Below are positions 49,733-59,685 of a stretch of DNA of 64,000 nucleotides, piece by piece; positions within the stretch are counted from its first letter, which is position 1; each line of letters starts with the position of its first letter. A program made the translations under genes and the position numbers. This DNA is from an uncultured Chloroflexia bacterium (GTDB lineage: Bacteria; Chloroflexota; Anaerolineae; Caldilineales; Caldilineaceae), in assembly GCA_963807905.1 (NCBI GenBank), contig CAWEEJ010000086.1, forward strand, positions 3,327 to 67,326, given 5' to 3'. The notes below the pieces were generated by a model. The model was not told the DNA's origin and did no database searches. It saw nothing but the letters and a program-made list of their open reading frames with translations.

Positions 49733-50092
49733 TTATTCGTCAGCGTAATCCGTTGTTAATGGCCCCTCCAATTGGTGAAAAATCAATTCTTCCACTGGTT
49801 GATTGCCGATCAGATGCTCCTCGACGATGCGATCCAGCGCTGCTTCATCCACGTGGTGATACCAGATCCCGTCCGGGTAGACGACCACGATAGGGCCACC
49901 CAGGCAGACGCCCAGGCAAGGCGTGACGCTGCGCTTGACGCGAACCGGGTTGTCGTATTCGCCCAGGTCGCCCAGCTTTTGCGCCAGCAGGCGATAAATG
50001 TGTGCGGCCTGGCCTTCGGGATCACAATAGCGTCCGCCGCAAATGAGTACATGGCGGGCATAGGGCGCCATTATCGGGGCATCGTCACGCAT
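49733..50092 (-). CDS. Thioredoxin-like [2Fe-2S] ferredoxin
   Basis: Cys pattern C-x4-C (ICGGRYC) and C-x3-C (CLGVC), followed by [12 protein letters not shown]. Confidence 0.7.
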   Translation of the reverse strand: MRDDAPIMAPYARHVLICGGRYCDPEGQAAHIYRLLAQKLGDLGEYDNPVRVKRSVTPCLGVCLGGPIVVVYPDGIWYHHVDEAALDRIVEEHLIGNQPVEELIFHQLEGPLTTDYADE

Positions 50093-50326
50093 AAACTATT
50101 CCTCGCGCTCGTGAATCGGCATGATCAATCTCTCAACTACTCCATCAAACTTTCCTACGGTATGTGCAATCGTCTCTGAAAGCTGTATGGTCGCTTGCAC
50201 TATCCGAACCGAAACAAGCGCATTGCTTGCTCGATGACTTGTCCATAACCGATCCCATAGAGTCAAGAGGCCGCAAATCTATTCCCAGCCTGCAATCGAC
50301 GCTCGATCTTTTCCGTACAATTCTCG

Positions 50327-50355
50327 TTGGCATATTATAGGGAGTGTGCTACAAT
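50327..50355 (+). promoter_or_regulatory. Sigma70-type promoter TTGGCA-17-TACAAT (with TG at -15/-14)
   Basis: TTGGCA at 50327-50332, 17-nt spacer ending GTGC, TACAAT at 50350-50355. No convincing ORF for the next ~380 nt. Confidence 0.5.
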
Positions 50356-50741
50356 CTGATGGATGATTGTGGGTCGAAAACAGCGCGCTTATGTCTTCTT
50401 TGGCCCAGTGGTGACGATTTCTTGTCGCTGTCTCAATCAGATCACTCCATAACCCGGTCATGACTGAACCTGTGGCGATTATGCCAGACCTTCGATCCTG
50501 GTATGCTGACCGGTACAAAGATCAAGTTAAGACGAACAGTGACCCCCACCGTGTTGAGAATCGAACACTGACTTTTTTGCGGCTAAGTGTGGCCTGTGGC
50601 GATTTGATGTCTGCCGCCAATCGGCTTGCGCTGCCGTTTGTTCTGCGTCCAATATGGTTGATTCGTTTCAGAAATCGGTAATTTCAAAACCATACCTCTT
50701 AATTGCTTCGTTATACTAATTATTGAAGGAGTCCATACAAC

Positions 50742-53708
50742 ATGGCAAGACGTCACGCTTTTCTGATTGCCGTCATCGCGCTGGTGCTGATGGCAGCGGT
50801 GCCGATGATCGTCTCCGCTCAGTTCACGCCCGAGATTTTTGCGGTGGACCAGGATGTCGTGGATGGTGCGGTCAACATCACCCGCGCGACCGTGAACGGC
50901 GACGGCTGGGTAGCTGTTCACGCCGATGCTGATGGCGCCCCCGGTGATGTGATTGGCTATGCGCCCGTAATGGATGGCGTCAACGCCAATGTCAAGATCG
51001 AGGTTGATCCCGACGCCGTGACAGATAGCCTCTACGCTGCGCTCTATATGGACGAAGGCGCAGCTGGTGAGTTTGAGGCCCCCGATCCCGACGTTCCGGT
51101 ACTGGTGGATGACGAAGCGGTTGTCACGTCATTTCAGGTGACCGGCGTTGCCGATACCATCATCGGTACAGCCAAGGAAGCCGGTGGCTTCAGCACCCTG
51201 CTCGCAGCTGTCGACGCCGCGGGCCTCACCAAGACGCTTCAGGGCGCGGGTTCCTTCACGGTCTTTGCACCAAGCGATGACGCATTTGCTGCGTTGCCGG
51301 AAGGCACTGTCGACGGCTTGCTGGAGGATTTGGATAGTTTGACCCAGGTGTTGAACTTCCATGTGCTGCCGGAGCGTCTGACTGCAGCTGATATTGCCGA
51401 CGGCGCTGAAGCAACCACTGCGCAGGGTGAAAATGTAACCTTTGGCGTAGGAGACGGCGTTACGGTAGCTGGTGCGCCGATTTCCGCCACCGACATCGAA
51501 GCGTCCAACGGCATTATCCACGTGATTGATTCCGTCATTCTTCCCTCTGCGATTGCTGAGGCCCTTGGCCTGGGCGCGGAAGAAGCGGCGGTTGAAGAAG
51601 AAGAGGAAGAGCCTGAAGTGCCGGCCAGCATCAGCAACGGTGGTCAGGTCTCTGATGGCACAACCATGATCGTCGACGCTGTCGAAGCGGCCGTTGACGG
51701 TTGGGTCGCCATTCGTGCCGACGACGCCTTCCAGCCCGGCGAAGTGCTCGGGTATGCCGCGGTGCCTGCCGGCGTGAGCGAAGGCGTTGAGGTTACGTTG
51801 GATATGCCGTTGACCGAAGGCCAATTGCTTCATGCCAGCCTGCATGTGGATGACGGCGAAATCGGCGTCTTTGAGTATCCCGACGCCGACCCGGTTGCGA
51901 TGTTCCAGCAGTCGCCGGTTAGCGTGCCCTTCAATGCATTGATGGGACAGGTGGAGGCCGCCGTAACCGCGGAAGAAGAGGAAGAACCTGAAGTGCCTGC
52001 CAGCGTCGAGGCCGGCTTCCAGGAGACCGACGGCGCAACCGTGATTGTGGACGCTGTCGAAGCGGCTGCTGACGGCTGGGTCGCCGTTCGCGCTGACGAT
52101 GCCTTCCAGCCCGGCGAAGTGTTGGGATATGCAGCGGTACCTGCCGGCGTTAGCGAAGACGTCGAAGTTGCGTTGGAGACCCCGCTAGGCGAGGGCCAGT
52201 TGATCCACGTCAGCCTGCATGTGGATGACGGTGAAATGGGTGTCTTCGAATACCCGGATGCCGATCCTGTCGCCATGTTCCAGCAGTCGCCGGTGACTAA
52301 GCCCATCAACATCGCGCTCGCTGTTGCAGCCGAAGCGGCCGAAGCGGAGATGACGCCGGAGCCGACCGAGGAAGCCACGGAAGAGCCCGAAGCGGAGATG
52401 ACGCCGGAGCCGACCGAGGAAGCCACGGAAGAGCCCGAAGCGGAGATGACGCCGGAGCCGACCGAGGAAGCCACGGAAGAGCCCGAAGCGGAGATGACGC
52501 CGGAGCCGACCGAAGAAGCCACGGAAGAGCCCGAAGCGGAGATGACGCCGGAGCCGACCGAGGAAGCCACGGAAGAGCCCGAAGCGGAGATGACGCCGGA
52601 GCCGACCGAGGAAGCCACGGAAGAGCCCGAAGCCGAAATGACGCCGGAGCCGACCGAAGAAGCCACGGAAGAGCCCGAAGCCGAGATGACGCCGGAGCCG
52701 ACCGAGGAAGCCACGGAAGAGCCCGAGGCCGAAATGACGCCGGAGCCGACCATGGAAGCAGCCGAAGAGGCCGCATGCATGGACATCGTTGACACAGCAG
52801 TCGCCGGTGGATTCGGCACGCTGGTCGAAGCTGTTCAGGCCGCGGCTCTGGTTGAGACGCTTCAGGGTGAAGGTCCCTTCACGGTCTTCGCACCGACGGA
52901 CGATGCGTTTGCCGCGCTGCCTGACGGCACGCTTGAAGGCTTGCTGGCTGATCCCGAAGGCGCGCTCAAGCAGGTGCTGCTCTACCATGTCGTGGCCGAC
53001 AAGCTCATGGCCGACGACATTGCCAAGATTGGCTCGAGCGTGACCGCACAGGGTCAATCAGTTACGTTTACGGTGGATGGTGACAGCGTGATGGTGAATG
53101 ATGCCAACGTGACTGCTGCCGACATTGAAGCGTGCAACGGCGTGATTCACGTCATCGACAAGATCATCGTGCCGGCCTTGGCGCCCACGGAAGAGCCCGA
53201 GGCGGAGATGACGCCGGAGCCGACCGAGGAAGCCACGGAAGAGCCCGAGGCAGAGATGACGCCGGAGCCGACCGAGGAAGCCACGGAAGAACCCGAGGCC
53301 GAAATGACGCCGGAGCCGACCGAGGAAGCCACGGAAGAACCCGAGGCCGAAATGACGCCGGAGCCGACCGAGGAAGCCACGGAAGAGCCCGAGGCCGAAA
53401 TGACGCCGGAGCCGACCGAAGAAGCCACGGAAGAGCCCGAGGCGGAGATGACGCCGGAGCCGACCGAGGAAGCCACGGAAGAGCCCGAGGCCGAAATGAC
53501 GCCGGAGCCGACTGAAGAAGCTACGGAAGAGGCTGAGGCGGAGATGACGCCGGAGCCGACCGAGGAAGCCATGGAAGAGAGCTCCCCCGATGAATTGCCT
53601 GAAACGGGCATGAGCTTGGCATCTGGTTCTGCTACGATTCCCACGGTTTTGCTGGTAACGTTGGCGCTGGGTGGGGTTGCTTACGCTACTCGCCGCCGCG
53701 AGGAATAG
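50742..53708 (+). CDS. LPXTG-anchored surface protein with two FAS1 (fasciclin) domains, three ~110-aa beta-rich modules and two acidic repeat arrays
   Basis: Signal peptide. FAS1 motifs ([14 protein letters not shown]...[13 protein letters not shown] and [14 protein letters not shown]...[13 protein letters not shown]). C-terminal LPETG, hydrophobic segment, then RRREE. Confidence 0.8.
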   Translation: MARRHAFLIAVIALVLMAAVPMIVSAQFTPEIFAVDQDVVDGAVNITRATVNGDGWVAVHADADGAPGDVIGYAPVMDGVNANVKIEVDPDAVTDSLYAALYMDEGAAGEFEAPDPDVPVLVDDEAVVTSFQVTGVADTIIGTAKEAGGFSTLLAAVDAAGLTKTLQGAGSFTVFAPSDDAFAALPEGTVDGLLEDLDSLTQVLNFHVLPERLTAADIADGAEATTAQGENVTFGVGDGVTVAGAPISATDIEASNGIIHVIDSVILPSAIAEALGLGAEEAAVEEEEEEPEVPASISNGGQVSDGTTMIVDAVEAAVDGWVAIRADDAFQPGEVLGYAAVPAGVSEGVEVTLDMPLTEGQLLHASLHVDDGEIGVFEYPDADPVAMFQQSPVSVPFNALMGQVEAAVTAEEEEEPEVPASVEAGFQETDGATVIVDAVEAAADGWVAVRADDAFQPGEVLGYAAVPAGVSEDVEVALETPLGEGQLIHVSLHVDDGEMGVFEYPDADPVAMFQQSPVTKPINIALAVAAEAAEAEMTPEPTEEATEEPEAEMTPEPTEEATEEPEAEMTPEPTEEATEEPEAEMTPEPTEEATEEPEAEMTPEPTEEATEEPEAEMTPEPTEEATEEPEAEMTPEPTEEATEEPEAEMTPEPTEEATEEPEAEMTPEPTMEAAEEAACMDIVDTAVAGGFGTLVEAVQAAALVETLQGEGPFTVFAPTDDAFAALPDGTLEGLLADPEGALKQVLLYHVVADKLMADDIAKIGSSVTAQGQSVTFTVDGDSVMVNDANVTAADIEACNGVIHVIDKIIVPALAPTEEPEAEMTPEPTEEATEEPEAEMTPEPTEEATEEPEAEMTPEPTEEATEEPEAEMTPEPTEEATEEPEAEMTPEPTEEATEEPEAEMTPEPTEEATEEPEAEMTPEPTEEATEEAEAEMTPEPTEEAMEESSPDELPETGMSLASGSATIPTVLLVTLALGGVAYATRRREE
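52341..52772 (+). repeat. Nine tandem 48-bp units encoding [16 protein letters not shown]
   Basis: Read directly. Units differ only at a few synonymous positions. Confidence 0.9.
53186..53580 (+). repeat. Eight tandem 48-bp units of the same [16 protein letters not shown] repeat
   Basis: Read directly. Codon usage differs slightly from the first array (GAGGCC GAA versus GAAGCG GAG). Confidence 0.9.
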
Positions 53709-53761
53709 GGATTCTCTTACCAGTGACTGGCCCACAGCAGCATGTCATTGATGATTAAGTG

Positions 53762-53806
53762 AAGAATGCGGCGCTAGGGATTGTGTCTAGCGCCGCATTC
53801 TTTATT
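53762..53806 (+). terminator. Intrinsic terminator after the FAS1 gene
   Basis: GAATGCGGCGCTAG / CTAGCGCCGCATTC stem, 9-nt loop, then TTTATT. Confidence 0.75.
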
Positions 53807-53966
53807 GGCATAGCTTCTCGAATGATCGGTGCTGGACAGTGGAAAAAGCCGGGCTTGTCCTGCAGCTAATGCAAGGATATAGCGAATCCCAGTTGATTCC
53901 TCAAGTTTGATTCTTAGGCCATTCAACCCGTACCACAATTCCCCTGGAGAATTTCTTGGCAGCGCG

Positions 53967-53995
53967 TTGACAAGAAATCTCCGAGCCTGTATACT
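53967..53995 (+). promoter_or_regulatory. Sigma70-type promoter TTGACA-17-TATACT
   Basis: TTGACA at 53967-53972, 17-nt spacer, TATACT at 53990-53995. Predicts a ~250-nt leader before the BMP gene. Confidence 0.6.
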
Positions 53996-54252
53996 GCCGT
54001 CCGTGTGAAATGAACAACAGATTGCCTCGATTCAATTCGCCCGGTTACCTGCAGGCCAGATGCAAACGACCTTACTTCATCGATAATACAGTCGGCCAAC
54101 CCTTCACAGCTTGCCGCCATTGCCAGCCATTTACTCGTTCTCTTTGTGCCAGTTTGTCCTCCACAGTGACGTGGCCTTTATCGAGGACGATCAGATTTTT
54201 CTTTATCAACCTTTTTTCAACTGAATCGTTTCAACATCGAGAGGAGCATACG

Positions 54253-55506
54253 ATGCGCAGCAACCGACTTTGGCTTGTGATGAGCTTACTGGTCGTTTTT
54301 GGCTTGCTTTTCAGTGCTTGCGCGGCGCCAGCCGCGCCGGCCGGCAGCGGCGAGGCCGGCGAAGCCGCAGACGCGCCGGCAGCCGATTCGGGTGTCCAGA
54401 TCCCCGAGATTGAAGAAGGCAAATTCAATGTGGCATTTGTCTACGTCGGCCCGGTTGGCGATGGCGGCTGGACCTACGCTCACAACGAAGGCCGCGAATA
54501 TCTGGAAGCCGAAATGGGCGACCAGGTGGCGACTTCTTACCTGGAAAGCGTACCCGAAGGCGCTGACGCAGAACGCGTGATCCGAAACTTGGCGCGCAAG
54601 GGCTTTGACGCCGTTTTCACGACTTCGTTTGGCTACATGGATGCCACCGAACTGGTTGCAGAAGAATTTCCGGACAGCTATTTTGTGCATGTCTCCGGCT
54701 TCAAGAAGAACGAGCAGAACTTTTCCAATCTCTTCGGCGCGATGGAGAGCATGAAGTATCTGACCGGCATGATCGCCGGCGCACGCGCAGTCGAGGATGG
54801 CAGCAATCGCGTCGGCTACGTGGCCCCGTTCCCCATCCCCGAAGTGATTCGCCACGCCAATGCGACGGCGCTGGGCATGCGTGAAACCTGCCCAGACTGT
54901 GAAATGGACATCCGCTGGATCTTCACCTGGTTCGACCCCGACCTGGAACGCCAGGCGGCTGAATCCATGTTTGACGCCGGCGCTTCTGTTGTGATCACCG
55001 GCGCAGATACACCCGGTCCGGTTCAGGTTGCCGGCGAACGCGACCTCTATGGCGTCGGCTATGATTCCAGCAACGCTTGTGAAGTGGATACTGACGCCTG
55101 TCTGACCACGCCATACTGGAACTGGGGCCCCTTCTACGTCGAGCTGGTCCAATCCATGATCGATGGCAGCTTTGTTGGCGACGATGTCTACTTTGATGTC
55201 GACAGCGGTGCGTTGGGCCTGCTTGGCTTCATGGAGGGTCAGGAACCCTTCCCCGGCGTGCCCGAAAGTGTCATTCCCCAGGTAGAAGAATTGCTGGCGC
55301 AGATGGAAGCCGGCGACTTCACCCGCTTTGACGTTTTCACCGGTCCAATCAATGACAACAAGGGAGAGATCATCATACCGGAAGGCGTTGTTCTGACCCA
55401 GTCTGATCTGGAAGGTCTGAGCGGCATCGAAGGGCGTGAGGACTGCACCATTTGCATGACCTGGCTAGCCGAAGGCGTTGTTGCCGATGCGCAGATTCCT
55501 GAGTAG
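54253..55506 (+). CDS. BMP-family (PnrA-like) ABC transporter substrate-binding lipoprotein
   Basis: Lipobox LLFSAC. FVYVGPVGDGGWTYAHNEG pattern. ATG at 54253 follows GAGAGGAG; the ORF is open from 54010. Confidence 0.8.
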   Translation: MRSNRLWLVMSLLVVFGLLFSACAAPAAPAGSGEAGEAADAPAADSGVQIPEIEEGKFNVAFVYVGPVGDGGWTYAHNEGREYLEAEMGDQVATSYLESVPEGADAERVIRNLARKGFDAVFTTSFGYMDATELVAEEFPDSYFVHVSGFKKNEQNFSNLFGAMESMKYLTGMIAGARAVEDGSNRVGYVAPFPIPEVIRHANATALGMRETCPDCEMDIRWIFTWFDPDLERQAAESMFDAGASVVITGADTPGPVQVAGERDLYGVGYDSSNACEVDTDACLTTPYWNWGPFYVELVQSMIDGSFVGDDVYFDVDSGALGLLGFMEGQEPFPGVPESVIPQVEELLAQMEAGDFTRFDVFTGPINDNKGEIIIPEGVVLTQSDLEGLSGIEGREDCTICMTWLAEGVVADAQIPE

Positions 55507-55690
55507 TAGCTGCGAGCTTGTCTAGCGTGTGCTGATTTGAATTGTGACAGAATGCGGATCTGGCGGAGCGAGCGGATGGCTGCCGGTCCCTCAATGATCG
55601 AGGCGCTTCGCCCGTTGCGCCAGATCTGCGTTCTAGTTGCTTGTGATACTGCTGTTGAATCCTTCTCTTAATTGTTGACGGGACCCTGTA

Positions 55691-57229
55691 ATGCCCGACA
55701 CAGCCCCAGCATTTGAACTGCGTCATATCACGAAGCGCTTTCCAGGCGTGCTGGCCAGCGATAATGTGAGCTTTGCTGCCGAAAAAGGCGAAATCCACGC
55801 GCTATTGGGCGAAAATGGGGCCGGCAAGTCGACCCTGATGAATGTCCTCACCGGTCTCTATCACCCGGATGAGGGCGAAATTTTCATCGACGGTCGGCGT
55901 AGACGCTTCAATTCGCCGGGCGACGCCATTGCGGCAGGGGTTGGTATGGTTCATCAGCACTTTATGCTGGTGCCCGTGCAGACAGTGGCCGAGAACATCA
56001 TCCTGGGCCTCCGTGGCGTTAGCTTTGTGCTCGACACCGACAAGATTAATGCCGAGGTGACGCGCATCAGTGCCCAATATGGACTGCCCATCGATCCCCA
56101 GGCCAAGATCTGGCAGCTCTCTGTGGGCGAGCAGCAACGGGTCGAAATCATTAAGATGCTCTACCGGGGTGCACAGATTCTCATTCTGGATGAGCCGACC
56201 GCCGTGCTCACACCGCAAGAAACGGAAGGCTTCTTCAAGACCCTCAAAGAGATGACGGATGAGGGCAAAACCATCGTCTTCATCAGCCACAAGCTGGATG
56301 AGGTGATCTCGATTGCGGATCGCATCACCGTTTTGCGCCATGGTGCCAATGTGGCCACTGTTCCTGCTGCAGGGATGACAAAGCCCGAACTCGCCAGCCT
56401 CATGGTCGGGCGTCAGGTGCTCTTCCACATTGACAAGCCCATCACAGAGCCAGGGGAGCCGCGCCTTGTATTGGAGCAGGTCAATGCGCTGGATAACAAG
56501 GGGCTGCCCGCGCTGGTCGATCTTTCCCTTGCCGTACGCTCGGGCGAAATTGTAGGGGTAGCGGGCGTGGCGGGCAATGGTCAGCGGGAACTGGCCGAGG
56601 TCATCTGTGGCATGCGCGAAACCACGGGCGGTCAGATCCAGGTCGGAACAGATGAAGTGGCTGATGCTGCGCCGATCGTGGTGATCGAGGCGGGCGTTGC
56701 CTATGTGCCGGAAGATCGCGGCGCCGTTGGGAGTGCGCCCAATCTCTCCGTTGCCGAAAATATGGCCCTGAAATCGTATCGACGCCCGCCAATCGGCGGA
56801 CGCCTCTTCATGAATCGCAAGACCATGCGCGATCGCGCCGTTGACCTGATCAAGCGGTTCGACATCTCCACGCCCGGTCCCGACACGCCGGCGCGCAAGC
56901 TAAGCGGCGGCAACCTGCAAAAGGTGATCCTGGCCAGAGAGATCTCCAGCACTCCCCAGGTGATCATTGCCGCCTACCCGACGCGTGGCCTGGACATTGG
57001 TGCGACCGAAAATGTGCGCAACATTTTGGTTGATGAGCGTAACGGTGGCGTTGCCATTTTGCTCATCTCCGAAGACCTCGATGAGGTTTTTGCTCTCTCC
57101 GATCGCATTGCGGTCCTCTACGAGGGCGAAATCGTCGGGATTCTCCCTCGTGCAGAGGCCGATCGGGAGACGGTGGGGTTGATGATGGCCGGTGAGCCGG
57201 TTGCAACCCGCTCGCCGGAAAAGATCTAA
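55691..57229 (+). CDS. ABC transporter ATP-binding protein with duplicated NBDs (sugar/nucleoside importer type)
   Basis: GENGAGKST, LSVGEQQRVEI, ILILDEPTA. Second half GVAGNGQ, LSGGNLQK. Confidence 0.85.
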   Translation: MPDTAPAFELRHITKRFPGVLASDNVSFAAEKGEIHALLGENGAGKSTLMNVLTGLYHPDEGEIFIDGRRRRFNSPGDAIAAGVGMVHQHFMLVPVQTVAENIILGLRGVSFVLDTDKINAEVTRISAQYGLPIDPQAKIWQLSVGEQQRVEIIKMLYRGAQILILDEPTAVLTPQETEGFFKTLKEMTDEGKTIVFISHKLDEVISIADRITVLRHGANVATVPAAGMTKPELASLMVGRQVLFHIDKPITEPGEPRLVLEQVNALDNKGLPALVDLSLAVRSGEIVGVAGVAGNGQRELAEVICGMRETTGGQIQVGTDEVADAAPIVVIEAGVAYVPEDRGAVGSAPNLSVAENMALKSYRRPPIGGRLFMNRKTMRDRAVDLIKRFDISTPGPDTPARKLSGGNLQKVILAREISSTPQVIIAAYPTRGLDIGATENVRNILVDERNGGVAILLISEDLDEVFALSDRIAVLYEGEIVGILPRAEADRETVGLMMAGEPVATRSPEKI

Positions 57230-57258
57230 ATTGTGCCCCGTACTTGGATCGCCGCCGC

Positions 57259-57403
57259 CTGAGCTTGTCGAAGGCAAAGGTCGTCGTCTGAGCCTGTCGA
57301 AGGCAAAGGTCGTCGTCTGAGCCTGTCGAAGGCAAAGGTCGTCGTCTGAGCCTGTCGAAGGCAAAGGTCGCCGCCTGAGCCTGTCGAAGGCAAAGACAGT
57401 CGC
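57259..57403. repeat. Five tandem copies of a 29-bp unit CTGAGCCTGTCGAAGGCAAAGGTCGTCGT
   Basis: Unit starts at 57259, 57288, 57317, 57346 and 57375. Lies between the ABC ATPase and the first permease gene. The 15-mer core also occurs at 36634-36648. Confidence 0.9.
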
Positions 57404-57533
57404 GTCGGCCAATACCATGATCACGTAAAAGCTTCAGTTTGAATCCGCGCAGATTGGCCTGATCTTTTTCACCGCGTTCCATCGTGTCCGGACCTGAATG
57501 ACTGCCTTTTTCCCAGACTTGTGAGCTGGCTAC

Positions 57534-58640
57534 ATGAGCGTCGACTCGACACCCCAATCGAATTCTTCACGCAAGCGCTTGCGGGTGGAGCGTGTCCAGG
57601 AGCAGCCGCTGTGGCTGGTGATTCTGTCGCCCCTCCTTCTGATTGCGGCTGCGCTGCTGGTCGGCGCAGTGCTGCTTGCCTTGGCCGGGGCCGATCCGTG
57701 GATCGTTTACCAGCGTATGGCGACCGCAGCGTTTGGCAGTCGCTACGGCTGGTCAGACACCACCATCAAGGCCACGCCGCTGATTTTGGCTTCTTTGGGC
57801 GTTTCCATTGCCTTCCGCATGCGGCTGTGGAACATCGGCGCCGAAGGGCAGATCTACATCGGCGCTTTCTTTGCCACCGGCGTGGCGCTCTTTGTCTTCA
57901 CGCCTGAAACGTCGCCGTGGATCCTGCTGTCGACCATGGCCCTGGCCGGCTTTGTGGGCGGTGCGTTCTGGGGCTTCATTCCTGGTTTCCTCAAGGCCAA
58001 GCTCAACGTCAATGAGATTATCACGACGTTGATGCTCAACTACGTGGCGATTCTCTGGAACAATTACTTCATCTACGGGCCCTGGAGTGAGCGGGGCTTT
58101 GGCCTGACGCCCCAGTTCCCGCGCAACGCCTGGCTGCCTCGCCTTACGGATTTCGGCGACACCGTGCCCGCTTTTCGGGGCCTGACGGCCCATTTTGGCA
58201 TCTTTTTGGCCCTGACGCTGGCCCTGGTCTTATGGGTCGTTTGGCGGCGGACCAAGTGGGGGTTCGAAGTGAGCATCATTGGTGACAACCCCCAGGCTGC
58301 GAAGTACGCCGGCATCAACCTTTCGCGCAAGATCATGGTTGTCATGGCGCTAAGCGGCGGCTTTGCCGGTCTGGCGGGCATGACGGAGGTGTCGGGCGTC
58401 GTCCACCGTCTCCAAGAGCGTTTCTCACCCGGCTACGGCTTTACCGCCATCATTGTGGCCTGGCTGGCTAAGCTCAACCCGCTCGCCATCGTGGTTGTTG
58501 CGTATCTCTTTGCGGGCCTGCTCGTTGGCGGTGATGAAATCCAGCCAGCCGGCATCGCCCAGCTTTTGCAGGGCGTCATTCTCTTCGTCGTCGTCGGCGG
58601 CGAGATGATCCTGCGCTATCGCGTGCGCGTCGAGCGATAA
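57534..58640 (+). CDS. ABC transporter permease (BPD_transp_2 type)
   Basis: Polytopic 368-aa protein next to the BMP binding protein and ATPase. Contains WNIGAEGQ and GGFAGLAG motifs. Confidence 0.8.
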   Translation: MSVDSTPQSNSSRKRLRVERVQEQPLWLVILSPLLLIAAALLVGAVLLALAGADPWIVYQRMATAAFGSRYGWSDTTIKATPLILASLGVSIAFRMRLWNIGAEGQIYIGAFFATGVALFVFTPETSPWILLSTMALAGFVGGAFWGFIPGFLKAKLNVNEIITTLMLNYVAILWNNYFIYGPWSERGFGLTPQFPRNAWLPRLTDFGDTVPAFRGLTAHFGIFLALTLALVLWVVWRRTKWGFEVSIIGDNPQAAKYAGINLSRKIMVVMALSGGFAGLAGMTEVSGVVHRLQERFSPGYGFTAIIVAWLAKLNPLAIVVVAYLFAGLLVGGDEIQPAGIAQLLQGVILFVVVGGEMILRYRVRVER

Positions 58641-58680
58641 TGACAGAACGTAGTGCAACCTTTCGGAATGTGACTTTGCC

Positions 58681-59631
58681 ATGGAACTAGCCCTTCTGGT
58701 CAACTTGCTTGCTGCCGGCATTCGTTCTGGGACGCCGATACTCTTTGCCACCATCGGCGAGATTTTTGCCGAACGCTCGGGCGTCCTCAACCTGGGCGTG
58801 GAGGGCATGATGCTCATGGGCGCGATGTCGGCCTATGGCGTGGCGCATGGCACGGGGAACGCCTGGATTGGCCTGCTGGCCGCCATCGGCGTCGGCGGGC
58901 TCATGGCGCTGCTGCACGCTTTTGTCACCGTCACCCTGCGCGCCGATCAGGTCGTTAGCGGCCTGGCACTGACCTTCCTGGGCACGGGCATGAGCGCGGT
59001 GCTGGGCGCACCGCTGGTCGAAGTCCATACGGCCCCGCGACTGCCCTCCTTCCCGATTCCGGTTCTTTCGCAGATTCCTGTGTTGGGACCGATCCTCTTC
59101 GACCACAATGTGGTTGTCTATTTGGGCTTTTTGCTGATTCCGATTTCGTGGTTCTATATCTATCGCACGCGGCCGGGGCTGGAACTGCGTTCCATCGGTG
59201 AGTATCCCGCGGCTGCCGACACGCTGGGCATCAACGTCATCCGTCAGCGCTACTTCTATGTCGTGCTGGGCGGGATGCTGGCGGGCATGGCTGGGGGATC
59301 GCTGAGCCTGGCCATCACGCCGCTGTGGATCGAGGGAATGACCGCCGGCGCCGGCTGGATTGCGGTGGGTTTGGTCATTTTTGCCGGCTGGGATCCCATC
59401 CGCGGCGCGCTGGGCGCGTATCTCTTTGGCGCGATTCGCCGGCTGCCGCTGGATGCCCAGAATCTGCCCTTCTTTCTCCAGAATCCGACGCTGGGCTATT
59501 TCATGAATATGCTGCCCTATCTCTTCACGATCTTCGTGCTGATCCTCAGCTCGCGTGAATCCATGCGCAAGCGCGCCGGCGCGCCGGCCGCGTTGGGCGT
59601 GCCCTACGTGCGCGAAGAGCGGGGCTCGTAG
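58681..59631 (+). CDS. ABC transporter permease (BPD_transp_2 type)
   Basis: Polytopic 316-aa protein with GEIFAERSGVLNLGVEGMM. Second permease of the operon. Confidence 0.8.
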   Translation: MELALLVNLLAAGIRSGTPILFATIGEIFAERSGVLNLGVEGMMLMGAMSAYGVAHGTGNAWIGLLAAIGVGGLMALLHAFVTVTLRADQVVSGLALTFLGTGMSAVLGAPLVEVHTAPRLPSFPIPVLSQIPVLGPILFDHNVVVYLGFLLIPISWFYIYRTRPGLELRSIGEYPAAADTLGINVIRQRYFYVVLGGMLAGMAGGSLSLAITPLWIEGMTAGAGWIAVGLVIFAGWDPIRGALGAYLFGAIRRLPLDAQNLPFFLQNPTLGYFMNMLPYLFTIFVLILSSRESMRKRAGAPAALGVPYVREERGS

Positions 59632-59685
59632 ACCATGGGCACTCCCCAAACTACACGTTCGCTCTCCCAACTGAAGCGCTGATCT

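Noticed and set aside
50537-50578. A GTTCGATTC string on the minus strand resembling a tRNA T-loop.
   Set aside because: The flanking bases do not form a T-stem, and no acceptor, D or anticodon arms could be drawn. It is not a tRNA.
51830-53735. Several minus-strand ORFs (329, 290, 225, 165 and 156 aa) with Ser/Gly/Val or Arg/Leu/Phe/Gly repeats.
   Set aside because: They are antisense or off-frame readings of the [16 protein letters not shown] arrays within the FAS1 gene.
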